NCBI RefSeq assembly: GCF_009914755.1
Contig: NC_060939.1
Reading direction: 5' to 3' (one strand)
Source: the human T2T-CHM13v2.0 reference genome, Homo sapiens
Length of the DNA stretch: 64,000 nt
Shown here: piece by piece, positions 1 to 19,402 of the stretch
How positions within the stretch are numbered: the first letter of the stretch is position 1
How the letters are laid out: every line of letters begins with the position of its first letter
Program-made: the position numbers and the translations under genes
Notes under the pieces: generated by a model
What the model was told of the DNA's origin: nothing
The model's input: the letters and a program-made list of their open reading frames with translations, nothing else
The model's database searches: none

Positions 1-2828
<2,828 letters not shown>

Positions 2829-2891
2829 TATGATGTTAGCTGGTTATTTTGCTCGATAGTTCATGCAGTTTCTTCCTAGTCTCGATGGTCT

Positions 2892-3895
2892 TTACATTTT
2901 GGGCATGATTTTGCAGCAGCTGGTACCGGTTGTTCCTTTCCATGTTTAGCGCTTCCTTCAGGAGCTCTTTTAGGGCAGGCCTGGTGGTGAGAAAATCTCT
3001 CAGCATTTGCTTGTCTGTAAAGTATTTTATTTCTCCTTCACTTATGAAGCTTAGTTTGGCTGGATATGAAATTCTGGGTTGAAAATTCTTTTCTTTAAGA
3101 ATGTTGAATATTGGCCCCCACTCTCTTCTGGCTTGTAGAGTTTCTGCCGAGAGATCCGCTGTTAGTCTGATGGGCTTCCCTTTGAGGGTAACCCAACCTT
3201 TCTCTCTGGCTGCCCTTAACATTTTTCCTTCATTTCAACTTTGGTGAATCTGACAATTATGTGTCTTGGAGTTGCTCTTCTCGAGGAGTATCTTTGTGGC
3301 GTTCTCTGTATTTCCTGAATCTGAACGTTGGCCTGCCTTGCTAGATTGGGGAAGTTCTCCTGGATAATATCCTGCAGAGTGTTTTCCAATTTGGTTCCAT
3401 TCTCCCCGTCACTTTCAGGTACACCAATCAGACGTAGATTTGGTCTTTTCACATAGTCGCATATTTCTTGGAGGCTTTGCTCATTTCTTTTTATTCTTTT
3501 TTCTCTAAACTTCCCTTCTCTCTTCATTTCATTCATTTCATCTTCCATCACTGATACCCTTTCTTCCAGTTGATCGCATCAGCTCCTGAGGCTTCTGCAT
3601 TCTTCACGTAGTTCTCGAGCCTTGGTTTTCAGCTCCATCAGCTCCTTTAAGCACTTCTCTGTATTAGTTATTCTAGTTATACATTCTTCTAAATTTTTTT
3701 CAAAGTTTTCAACTTCCTTGCCATTGGTTTGAATGTCCTCCCGTAGCTCGGAGTAATTTGATCGTCTGAAGCCTCCTTCTCTCAGCTCGTCAAAGTCATT
3801 TGTTCCGTTGCTGGTGAGGAACTGCGTTCCTTTGGAGGAGGTGAGGCGCTCTGCTTTTTAGAGTTTCCATTTTTTCTGCTCTGTTTTTTCCCCAT
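2892..3895 (-). pseudogene. L1 ORF1p remnant, frameshifted
   Basis: ATG at 3895 (ATGGGGAAAAAACAG). ORF track fragments 3216-3551 and 2836-3222 contain KRPNLRLIGVPE, ARREWG and YPAKLS motifs, split by frameshifts. A ~13 bp deletion near 3800 is judged against recalled consensus. Confidence 0.9.
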
Positions 3896-4806
3896 CTTTG
3901 TGGTTTTATCTACTTTTGGTCTTCGATGATGGTGATGTACAGATGGGTTTTTGGTGTGGATATCCTTTCTGTTTGTTAGTTTTCCTTCTAACAGACAGGA
4001 CGCTCAGCTGCAGGTCTGTTGGAGTACCCGGCCGGCCGTGTGAGGTGTCAGTCTGCCCCTGCTGGGGGGTGCCTCCCAGTTAGGCTGCCCGGAGGTCAGG
4101 CATCAGGGACCCACTTGAGGAGGCAGTCTGCCCGTTCTCAGATCTCCAGCTGCATGCTGGGAGAACCACTGCTCTCTTCAAAGCTGTCAGACAGGGACAT
4201 TTAAGTCTGTAGAGGTTACTGCTGTCTTTTTGTTTGTCTGTGCCCTGCCCCCAGAGGTGGAGCCTACAGAGGCAGGCAGGCCTCCTTGAGCTGTGGTGGG
4301 CTCCACCCTGTTCGAGCTTCCTGGCTGCTTTGTTTACCTAAGGAAGCCTGGGCAATGGCGGGTGCCCCTCCCCCAGCCTCGCTGCCGCCTTGCAGTTTGA
4401 TCTCAGACTGCTGTGCTAGCAATCAGTGAGACTCCGTGGGCGTAGGACCCTCTGAGCCAGGTGTGGGTTATAATCTCCTCGTGCGCCGTTTTTTAAGCCC
4501 GTCGGAAAAGCGCAGTATTCAGGTGGGAGTGACCCGATTTTCCAGGTGGCTTCTGTCACCCTTTTCTTTGACTAGGAAATGGAACTCCCTGACCCCTTGC
4601 ACTTCCCAAGTGAGGCAATGCCTCGCCCTGCTTTGGCTGGCGCATGATGCACGCACCCACTGACCTGCGCCCACTGTCTGGCACTCCCTAGTGAGATGAA
4701 CCCGGTACCTCAGATGGAAATGCAGAAATCACCCATCTTTTGCATCGCTCATGCTGGGAGCTGTAGACTGGAGCTGTTCCTATTCGGCCATCTTGGCTCC
4801 TCCCCC
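3896..4806. promoter_or_regulatory. L1 5'UTR: sense promoter (- strand) and antisense promoter (+ strand)
   Basis: YY1 site CAAGATGGCC intact (4786-4795, - strand). Plus-strand GT donors at 4461, 4546 and 4691 correspond to L1 positions ~346, ~261 and ~116. Confidence 0.75.
4355..4663 (+). pseudogene. L1 ORF0 remnant with premature stop
   Basis: ATG at 4355 gives MAGAPPPASLPPCSLISDCCASNQ, then TGA at 4427-4429. The in-frame continuation (ORF track 4436-4663, GVGPSEPGVGY...RRFLS) matches the ORF0 C-terminal half. Confidence 0.85.
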
Positions 4807-4840
4807 GTATTTTTCTCTTTTCTATTCCTCCAAATGTGCA

Positions 4841-5450
4841 AGTAGTGGGCTCTGGGCAGGGCTGTGACAGAGCAGAAAATAAAAGTTGCCCACCAAACAC
4901 TAACTCCCTTCCTGGACTACATTTTCATAGGTCTAGTCTAAGACTCCCTGAGGTAGAAAGAATTTCATAGAGAAGACAAAATGTCTTGGAGAAAGATGAA
5001 AGACAAAGGGTTCATCCACCCAGGGCAGAGGGGCTATGAGGAGGGAGAGGTCATGGGTCCCAGGAACAGAGCAGACCTGGCCTGTCTCCCTAGTAGACCC
5101 CAGAAGCCACACACATGAACCCAGAGAAGGATCACAGAAGAGTGTCATGGGGCGGGGGTCACTTAGATGGAATTTGCCGAGACTCTGGGCCTGAGCCTAT
5201 GGAGCAGGGATGGCGGATGTCTCAGCAGCAACCATGTGGACATGTGTCCAATGAAGAAATGCTTTGCACACAGCCTAAGATTCCAGACCCAGAGAACAAC
5301 CATGGGGCTATGGGTCAGGGAGGAGCAGGGAACACATCTTCAAGAACCGGGGTTAAGTTCCCCCCAGTTTAGCAGACTAGCTGATTTGTAAAACACAAAG
5401 TTAAACTTCATGTGCACCTGAGTTTGTGAACTGACATTTCCACCCACTGC
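4841..5450 (+). mobile_element. Probable ancient LTR remnant (family uncertain)
   Basis: 3' end (aaagttaaacttcatgtgcacctgagtttgtgaactga) resembles the U5 ends of old mammalian Gypsy/ERVL-type LTRs. From recall only. Confidence 0.35.
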
Positions 5451-5840
5451 ACGTGTTCCCACATTGTGAGTCCTGGGGATCCAATCTGTTCCCGTTTTTG
5501 TTGGAGCAAGGGAGCCCACAAACTCACTAGAACCCATCTGCTGGGATGGGAGGTGGAGAGGAGAGGGCTGGCTTTCCCTCAGATGCCAGGCAACTGTTTC
5601 TAGGTTGCTAATCTTGCCACCTTCCCAGTTCCCTCAGCCCTGAGGAAGGCAAGGGCAGCCTGAGTTACCCCCATGAGTTAGGGAGCTTGGGGAAAACATG
5701 CACAAGTGGCCAGGAGACTGAGGGAAAGGAGGCTGCATGCAGGCTGGGGATTTAAAACCTTTTTGAGAATGATCTACTGAGCATCTGCTATGTACCAGGT
5801 CCTGGGCTAAAATCTGGAAGATAAATTAAAAAAAAAAATA

Positions 5841-6245
<405 letters not shown>

Positions 6246-6407
6246 TCACTCTCAAGAATCCTAAGATTTTGTAAGAGGGTGAAGACTCTCATGCACAGCT
6301 CTCTACAACCCAGGTAAAACAAGATGAACACCGTAGCTCAGGCCTAAGGATACAATGGCTCAAGGGAGGGACAGAGAACACCTGGGTGAAGCTTCACTTT
6401 GAGGTAC

Positions 6408-6759
6408 TGATATGGTTTGGCTGTGCCCCCACCCAAATCTCATCTTGAATTGTAGCTCCCACAATTCCCACATGTCATGGGAGGGACCTGGTGGATAACC
6501 GAATCATGGGGGCGGGTCTTTCCCGTGTTGTTCTCGTGATAGTGAAGAAGTCTCACAAGATCTGATGGTTTTATAAAGGAGAGTTCCCCTGCAGATGCTC
6601 TCTCTTGCCTGCTGCCATGTAAGACATCCCTTGCTCTTCCGCCATGATTGTGAGGTGTCCCCAGCCATCTGGAACTGTGAGTCAATTAAACCTCTTTCCT
6701 TTATAAATTACCCAGTCTCAGGTGTGTCTTTATTAACAGCGTGAGAACAAACTAATAGA
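6408..6759 (+). mobile_element. THE1 (MaLR) solo LTR
   Basis: TGATATGGTTTGGCTG...CTAATAGA termini; perfect 5-bp TSD GGTAC (6403-6407, 6760-6764). Confidence 0.92.
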
Positions 6760-7344
6760 GGTACCATGTCAATATTGAGGGTACATATAGGGGAGGTGGG
6801 AGGTGAGGAGGTGGACAGAGAACAGGACTCGTGAGAAGCTATTGGTAGACTGAGCCACAGGAGAATATATTCTGGCAGTCACTAACTTCCAGAGTGAAAG
6901 TTCACATGCAAATCAGTCGTTTGGAATTTGGAATGCATTTTCCCATGGGAACAATACCATACATGGAGGCTGAGATCTTAGGCCAGAGGATGGAAACAGA
7001 TTTACTCCCACAGTATTATTCAACTAGGTTACTCATAGCATTACTTAGTTCAGAATTCAGGGAGATGGGAGCCCTGTGGCCCACCTCATTGTGGGGCTGG
7101 ACCTGCCCTAGGTCAAGGTCTTTTTTGTCTTGGGTATGGAATGGTTTAGGAGGAGATTAAATTTGAGAAATCATAAAGCTGATTCTAATTGCATTTAATG
7201 GCAAAACTATCAGCTGACATACATGTGTAATTACATATTAGAGTATTCAGGAGAAAGTGATGAAATAAATTCTAAATTACTACCAAATCAGCAGGCAGGC
7301 TAATCTTAGAATTTCATGGTGGCCAAAGCAGTACTGTTTGATGT

Positions 7345-7408
7345 AAATGCCTCCTAATCCCTAATTCAATATGACTGCTGTCTTTATTAAAAAGGAGGGT
7401 TTGGACCC

Positions 7409-7439
<31 letters not shown>

Positions 7440-8238
7440 CACACACACACACACACACGACACACACACAAGGAGAAAGCCATGTGAAGATGAGGGCAGA
7501 GATTGGGCAATGTTTCTACAAGCCAAGGAGCTCGAAAGATTGCCTGCAAACCACAAGCAGGGGAGCAGCATGGAACAGATCCTCACAGAGCTCACAGGGA
7601 GGCCATCCAGCCAATACCCTGATCTCAGACTTCAGCCTCCAGAACTGTGAAACAACACATTTCTGTGGTTTAAGCCACAGACCTCTCCCTCCTCATGGCG
7701 CCCCTTCCCTGAGGGGATGTACCCTTTGCCTTTCACCTTTCTCCAAGACATTTTGTCTTCTCTAGGAAATTCTTTCCACCTCAGGGTGTCTTAGACTAGA
7801 CCTATGAAAACGTAGTCCAGGAAGGGAGCTAGTATTTGGTGGGCAGCTTTTTTTTTTTTTTTTGAGATGGAATCTCACTCTGCTGCCCAGGCTGTAGTGC
7901 AGTGGCGTGGTCTTGGCTCACTGCAACCTCTGCCTCCCGGGTTCAAGCGATTCTCCTGCCTCCACCCCCGAGTAGCTGGGACTACAGGCACGTGCCACCA
8001 CACCTGGCCAATTTTTTGTATTTTTAGTAGAGACGGGGTTTCACTGTGTTCGCCAGGATGGTCTCAATCTCCTGACCTTGTGATCCGCCCACCTCAACCT
8101 CCCAAAGTGCTGGGATTACAGGCATGAGCCACCGTACCCGGCCTGTGGGCAGCTTTGATTTTCTGCTCTGTCACAGCCAGCCCAGAGACAGTAGTAACTT
8201 GTGGTACTTTGTTACGGCAGCCCTAGCAAACTAATACA
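7345..8238 (+). mobile_element. MLT1 (MaLR) LTR, interrupted at 7679-8198
   Basis: gccatgtgaagatg...ctccagaactgtga...taagccac resumes as ttgtggtactttgttacggcagccctagcaaactaataca. Contains (GACA)n(CA)n at 7412-7470. Confidence 0.85.
7848..8143 (-). mobile_element. AluSc-like
   Basis: Full dimer; TSD GTGGGCAGCTTT (7839-7850, 8145-8156). Confidence 0.92.
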
Positions 8239-8918
8239 GGTATTAGAGTACGGCAGTAGCAGTGGATAACTGACATGCAGCATAATCTCACCACCCTAGT
8301 AGAACTGACCAGGCCAGGGACCCTTATAGAAACAAAGGCAGCCAACTGCTGACTGAGCAGTGCCCTCTAACATGGCCTGGGGCCAGCGCTGTGACCAACA
8401 GCAGCTACCAATACTAACCACCCAATCAGATAGTGTTTCTTGGGGGATTTGAAGGGAGTGTAAGGCCCTCAAAGAAGGTGGACACAGGAGGCACTAAGCA
8501 GAGGCCATGGAAGAATCATGCATGAGGACAGCCTTCGAGAGGAGGGGAGAATGGAGACAGGCTTTGGGAGCGACAAGAGAAGCAGAGACTCAAGGGTGAA
8601 TCAGAAGCCAAGGCAAAAATGGGCAAAGACATACCTATGATGGCGCCCCTTGGAGCAAGAGCAGTCCCACTGCCTTTGCAGGGTAAAGTGGTGCTCACAT
8701 CTTTGCTTCTAGCGGCTGCCAAGCTGCCAGAGCTCTCATTTTCCCAATTAAGGTGCCAGCCTCCCGGACGCCTCACCTCCGCATGGAGCCTTGAAATGAC
8801 CACTCCCTTGCCAAGTACAGCACCTGAGCTGGTCTCTTCTCCCTGCAGCCCAAGAGAGTCTAACACATTGCTGCAGAGGCAGTAGAAAACATAGACAAGC
8901 CAAAACAAGAAAAGGAAA

Positions 8919-9586
<668 letters not shown>

Positions 9587-9821
9587 GGCACCTGTAACCC
9601 AGAAACAACCACTGTTAATATTTCAGTGTTTATTCTTTCTCAAAGTCTTTTATTCTCTGCATATATTTTTATAAAATAGGGTAATACTATATGTACTGTT
9701 TGTAACATGGCTTTTCTTTAAACAGCTCTAAAAAAACATTTTTCTAAATAAATTAAAAATTGTCATTATATGTAGTGGGTATTCCATTGTGTGCAATGTG
9801 CTTAATCAATCTTCTATTGTT

Positions 9822-10080
9822 GCCAGGCAAGGTGGCTCACGACTGTAATCCTAGTAACTCGGGAGGCTGAGGTTGGAGGATCACTTGAGGCCCGGAGTCC
9901 AAGACCAGCCTCGGCAACCTAGCAAGACCCCATCTCTATGGCGCACACTTGCAGTTCCAGCTATTCTAGAGGCTGAGGCAAGGAGGATCACTTGAGCCCA
10001 GGAGTTCAAGACTGCAGTGAGCCATGATTGCGCCACTGTACTTCAACCTGAGTGATGAATTGAAACCCAGTCCAAAAAAC
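9822..10080 (+). mobile_element. AluJ, internally deleted
   Basis: AluJ-type sequence lacking the middle A-rich linker; TSD CTATTGTTG. Confidence 0.85.
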
Positions 10081-10188
10081 TTTTTTTTTAAATCTCCTAT
10101 TGTTGGTAATTTAGTTTGTGTCCAGTTTTAAAGTGTCTATCTTTTGATTTAACTATCCTACTTTTAGGACTATCTCCCACAAAAGTAA

Positions 10189-11029
<841 letters not shown>

Positions 11030-11090
11030 TGATTTTTGCTTTTAATTAAAATTTTGTAAATGGAGGTGGGAATCCCTCTACGAATTTTTA

Positions 11091-11590
<500 letters not shown>

Positions 11591-11609
11591 TCAGACCCAG
11601 CAGCACTAC

Positions 11610-11720
11610 TTATTACAACACGACCTTGAGTGAGTCATTCACCTCACTGGGCCTCAGTTTTCTTGTCTGTAAAATGGGACAATAGCAATCTCTACCTGTC
11701 AGAGTTTGTGTGCAGGCAGT
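11610..11720 (+). mobile_element. MIR
   Basis: Core gcctcagttttcttgtctgtaaaatggg. Confidence 0.8.
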
Positions 11721-11746
11721 CAGGAAATATAGTCAGTAGGCATTAA

Positions 11747-12091
<345 letters not shown>

Positions 12092-12874
12092 AGCGTGATA
12101 CCATTTTTAAAAGTGTTAAGTGAAAAGGGTAAAGGATCTATTGAAGCCCCTTTGTAAGCATGTGAGTTCTGCTTGAGAAGCCACCCCCGGGTTAGCTCTT
12201 CTAAGCTGCTCATAGCTAATTCCCTTCCTTCATCTCCACTTCCCTTTGGGGTTTGGCGCAGTGATGATGGGGTTTCTGAAGATGAGGTAGGGCAGGGGTT
12301 ACACAGTGACCACTGGGAAGTTGGGGACTGGCCGCCTCTGGAACTCCAAGGATTGATTTTCATGGTTAGCAAACAGCTGAGAGTTCTTTGGGAAGCTTCA
12401 ATGGTGAAAATGCTATTTTTGGTAAGAGGGTAAGAATACAGCCCCTTCTTGTTTAGCCATGGTCGTGGAATCACGGTGGGGGCGTGCCTGGTGCATGGGC
12501 TCCTGAGAGGCAGGCCCCGTTGGGCTCACCCCCATTCCTGCTGCCATTCCCTCCATGGCCTCAGGGTGGCGCTGCTCCCTCTCCAACTGGGGCCATCTAT
12601 TGCCACCATGCGGCTTCCCAGTGAAACCCGCTATTAATAAGAAGGAATGAAAAAAAAAAAAGAAAGAAACAAACCTGCCAGAACTTTCCAATCACACTGT
12701 CCTAAAAGCTGAGGACTAAGAAAACGAAGATAGATTCAGGGGACACCGTGAGTCAAAACTTTAGTTTGCCAGGTCTGACTTCTTTCCTGCAGCTCTTCGC
12801 CCTCTACCCAGTCCATCAGGGACCCCAGGACTAGGACTCCCTAGCTCCCCACTTACAAATTAAGCCCACCAACA

Positions 12875-13430
12875 TTTGTGGGGCGCCAGGCAAGAGAACG
12901 AATGGAAGCTCACATACTCTATGTCTGCATATTTTCAAGTTGTTCAGTCAAGCTGGTAAACCCTTAAATGAAGTATGCTCCATCCTTCCGCCTTGAGGTA
13001 GATACCTTCATAACCACCTAAAAGACCAGGTTGACTTTTAGGATTTTCAGCCTCCTTGGAGATCCATTCCCCTGGCTCTCCACTTCTGGCCCCAGGTCCA
13101 CCCACCCACGCTCATCCTTTCAGATCGTGAGGAGCCTCACATACGTGTGGATACTCCAGCTCACACATCCAAGCTTCCTCCACACCCACACCCCTTACAA
13201 CCCTGAAAACAGCTACCCCTTGGCCACTCCTAGTACCTAGCATGTGAACACAGGTAGTGAGGTCCACTCTTGGGAAGAGAGACCTAGAGAAAATGAAGAT
13301 GCCCCGCAGGCACAGAAGAGGGCTTGCTGTAATTTGGACAGAAACTCTGGGGTCCTGGTACACGGAGCCTAGTCTTGGGTGGGTGTATGGACTCCCTTTG
13401 TAGAAAGGAACATGGCCCGAGGAGGTGCAC
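12875..13430 (+). mobile_element. hAT-Tip100 element (MER115/Zaphod-like)
   Basis: ggcaagagaacgaatggaagctcacatac...ataccttcataaccacc resembles recalled MER115 consensus. Confidence 0.5.
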
Positions 13431-14960
13431 AGCAGGAGCTTCTCCTGCTCTGGGCCCAGGGGATGGGGACAAGGAGAGATGACATCCTTAACTCCCTCCA
13501 TCCCTCAGGAGTGCCCCTGGACATCGAGACTCCTGGAAATCTGGGTTGTGACAGGCCAAGTCCCTTCTTAATTCCTCTTTCCTGCTGTGGAGCCCCCTCA
13601 TGTCCAATGATTGGCAGCAGGAAAGACCTCACCCTTCAGACAAGACCATAGTATCTGCCCTTGAAGCCTTTCTCTTTCAGCCCTCAACAATATCTCAATA
13701 AAAACAGCAATCCAACGTTGGACAGAAGCCTGCAGTAATGGGTGGTGGCGCAGAAGCCATCCTTTCAAGGGCACAGAGTGCCATTTCTCTCTCAAGGGAT
13801 GGATAATTCCTGCCTTAATGCAACCTTCATCTGCCTAGTCACCAGCTGATGGGAAAGCAGCTCCAGCGAAAGATAAGGGCTCTTTGCCTGAAATGAAAAA
13901 TTCATGAAGGAAGACTAGGAATGGGGCACGCAGAGAGCTGCCAAGTTGCTGTGCTCTGAGGACCTGACAAGAAGCTCAAAAAGCCAAATGGAAATTTTCT
14001 CTCCTCTCCAGCATCTCCCATCATGCCCTCTTCCATATTTGGGGCTCTCTTCTCTGCTGTACCTGGTCACAGCTCTGCAGTCTCACCAATGCCCATATGC
14101 CAGGGGATCCAGGAAGAGGGGTACCTCTGCCCACCCAGGCGAGCCACTTGACACCCACTCACATCCTCACAAAATGTTCGCTGTGGCTAGACAAGCTGGC
14201 ATGGTTCTGACCACCTACCTGCCTAGACCAGACCTGGAGGAAATCCAAACTGGCTATTTATTTGTCCCTGGGAGACGCCTACAGATTACTTCCTGTTCCA
14301 ATTTTCTGACCCACAGATCTGATCAAAATTCGTTAGGTTGATCATTGGTCACAACTCATAACTTGGGAAGGCAGCCCTGAATTTCTTGTCACAATGTTGG
14401 GCAGACAGTGGTATGGATGAAATGAAAGGGGAAAAAAACCTCTTGAACCATGAATTGGAGAATTTAACTCTCTCATAGGGATGGGCTTGAGAAGTACGAC
14501 CGGCTACCCCATAATATACAGAATGGCACAGCAGTCGCAGGTGCCATTCCAGAGATGGTGGGTTCGAGGGCAGTAATTGATCCCCAGAAATTAGGTAGGA
14601 GGGCAGGCTGCCATCGCAGAGGAATCTGCCACCAAGGAAGTCCACCAGACTCTACTGTCAATGGGAAATGGGAAACTTGAGTCTCCTATTGCAGAGCCGC
14701 AGTTCCTTCTTCCTGCTGCAGGGTCCGTGGCCGAAGGAAAACCTCATTCCACTGTCCCCTGCCCAGGCCAGCTGTGGAACGCGGGTCCTCCATGAACTTG
14801 GGGGCCCCTCTTGGTCTCCCAGTGCATTGGCTCTTGGTTCCCAGGTCTTCCAGGCATTTATGCAGCCTTTTCCATTCAAAGCGGGAACTGGATTCAGACA
14901 GCAGTGTCTCATTGAAAAGCTTGTCCCTTCAACACCAGCCCCTAAGAACCACTCCAAGGC

Positions 14961-15267
<307 letters not shown>

Positions 15268-16011
15268 AGCCTTTTTAAAAAAAAACACTAACTCCTCCCA
15301 AAACAAAGAGTTTTTTCGCTCATTTTCTCCATACTAGAGCTTTACCATGAAGAACACAGATATAAAAACCTAAGGACTTATCTGCCCTCTGCCCCATCCC
15401 AGCACAAACAGGAAACTCATGCTACAACAAAAAGACAAAACATAGGTCACATTCTCAATGGGCCACCGTGATATACACAGAAGCCTAGCACTTAAGACTA
15501 AAGCCCCAAGTCCAGGTGTAATCTGTTTCTTCTTTTATGTGTAGGAAGTTGTTTGAAGCTTTTTCCTCCAGATTTTAAGTGATTTGTGTTCACTGTGGAA
15601 CACTTGAAACGTATAAGAATAAAGACAAAGGGGGGAAGTGTCCATCATCTCACTACCCAGAAGCAAACTATTAATATTTTTTAAATATTTCTTTCCTAGT
15701 TTTGTCCTGTGCCTTTTTAAGTTTCATTTGAAATCAAGACTGTATATGCAATGTGGATCGAGAGTATTTTATACAGCCATTAAAAAAAAATAATGAAATC
15801 ATGTCCTTTGCAGCAACAGGAATGCAGCTAGAGGCCATTATCCTAAATGAATTAATGAAGAAATAGAAAATCAAATACCACATGTTCTCAGTTATAAGTA
15901 GAGCTAAACAATGGGTACTCATGGACATAATGATGGAAACAGACACTGGGGACTCCAAAAATGGGGAGGGAGGGAAGGAGGGAGGGAAGGATTGAAAAAC
16001 TACCTACTGGG

Positions 16012-16337
<326 letters not shown>

Positions 16338-16433
16338 TCACTATTTGGGTGATGGGTTCAATAGAAGCTCAAACTCCAGCATTATACAATATAACTCATG
16401 TAATAAACCCGCACATGTACCTCCTGAATCTAA

Positions 16434-16749
<316 letters not shown>

Positions 16750-17222
16750 CAAAAAAGATAATTTCAAAAAGAGTATTTTCCCAGGGCAAACATATTAATA
16801 GCTGCCTAACTATTCATAATATGCCTGTGCCATAGTTTGCATGATCAGGAGGCTGAAGCTACACCAGTCAGAAGTGACTGAGCTTGCAGTGAGGGAACAG
16901 TAGGCCAGGCTTCAAGGAACTGGAGCAGGCAGAGCAATAAGGTTTAAGCTCACGGCTACCACCAAAGCCTGAGGTTATTTCAAAAATAGGAATGCTGGAA
17001 GATACAGCACACAGATGGAAAGAAATCTTTTGAACCTGAAGGCTGAAAGGAAAGCTGGCTAGGGTCCTGAGGCTATGCTGATATCCAGGAAAAAGCAGAG
17101 TGTGTGAAGAAGGGTGTTAAAGGCCCCAAGTTTGCTGTTTGTCAGGAATATAAAGGTTGTTCGGGCATTCGGGCAGAATGTACCCTACAGGTAAGACTGG
17201 AGGAAGTTATGGAATTGATTTT

Positions 17223-17562
17223 CGTTTGTTTTTGTGTGGGGGGGTGGGTTTTTGTTTTGTTTTTTGTTTTTGTTTTTTGAGACAGGGTCTCACTGTGTCG
17301 CCCAGCCTGTAGTGCAGTGGTGTGATCTTGGCTCACGGTAGCCTTGATCTCCCGGGCTCAAGAAGGGAGTATTAACTCCACTTCAGCCTCCTGAGTAGCT
17401 GGGAGTAGAGGCACACAACACCACACCTAAGTTTTGTAATTTTTGTAGAGACAGGGTTTCACCACGTTGCCCAGGCTTGTCTTGAACTCCTGGGCTCAAG
17501 CGATTCACCTGCCTCGGCCTCCCAAAGTACTAGGATTACAGGCGTGAGCCACCGCACCCAGT
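17223..17562 (-). mobile_element. AluJ
   Basis: Full dimer; TSD TGGAATTGATTTT. Confidence 0.9.
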
Positions 17563-17823
17563 TGGAATTGATTTTTTAAAAATACATTTAGGAAGGCCAG
17601 GGGTTGGGGAGTGGTTCTAAGACTAGCAATAAAAGAATAGGAGCAGTTTCAGAAGCTGTTCGATTATCACATGAGCATGAGAATGTCAAAGAAGAGACGC
17701 TAAAGCCGGCCTGTCTCACCTTATTGATTTCCGGTGCTTACTGAATGCATTACTTTTATTGGAGAATAACTTCCTTTTCATTTTCTTTTATCTTGCTCAT
17801 TTGAGTATGTCAGGTCTGTTTAA

Positions 17824-18143
<320 letters not shown>

Positions 18144-18379
18144 AAAAATTGCTGCTTCTTGATAGAGTATGGAATTCCTTTCTTTTGAGGTCAGGTTTAT
18201 TTTTTCTTATTACATATGAAAAATTTGCTCATAACCAAAACTCCTAGAATATAGAAAAGCATGAAGTATAAGGAAGTAAATAAAAATCACCAGTAATCTG
18301 ACTACCAAAAGATAACCACTGCTGACATATTAATATAAGTCCTGCCAGACTCTTTTCCTATATATGCGTTCTCAACTAA

Positions 18380-18460
18380 TCTCTGCCTCTCTCTCTCTCT
18401 CTCACACATGCACACACACACAGACACACACACACACATCACATCACACATATAAACACA
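18380..18460. repeat. (CT)n(CA)n compound microsatellite
   Basis: Seen directly. Confidence 0.9.
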
Positions 18461-18660
18461 AAGAGAAAGGGGAGTATTCATACTATACATACAGTTTTTT
18501 TATTGTTGTAAAACATAAATAACAAAATTTACCATTTTAAGCATGTTTAGGTGTACAGTCCTATAGCACTAAGTACATTCACATTGTTATACATCTATCA
18601 CCACGATTCACTTCCAGAACTTTTTCATCTTCTCCAACTGAAACTCTGTACCCATCAAGT

Positions 18661-18866
18661 CAGTGGTCCCCAACATTTTTGGCACCAGACTGGTTTCATG
18701 GAAGACAATTTTTCCACGGACAGGGTGGGTAGCGGGGATGTTTTCAGCATGAAACTGTTCCACCTCTGAAACCACCTTCTGCTGTGCAGCTGTGCAGCTG
18801 TGCAGCCTGGTTCTTAACAGGCCACGGACAGGTGCCAGTCCATGGCCCAGGGGTTGAGGACCCCTG
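18661..18866 (+). mobile_element. MER1 (hAT-Charlie MITE), internally deleted
   Basis: TIRs CAGTGGTCCCCAAC / GTTGAGGACCCCTG; degenerate 8-bp TSD CATCAAGT/CATTAAAT. Confidence 0.85.
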
Positions 18867-19011
18867 CATTAAATAAGAACCCCCATTACCCCTCCCCCAA
18901 GCCCCTGACAACCACCATTCTGCTTTTTGTCCCTGCATAATTTGGTGACTTTAGGTATCTCATCTGAGTAGAATCATACAGTATTTGCCCTCTTGTGTCT
19001 GGCTTATTTAG

Positions 19012-19402
<391 letters not shown>

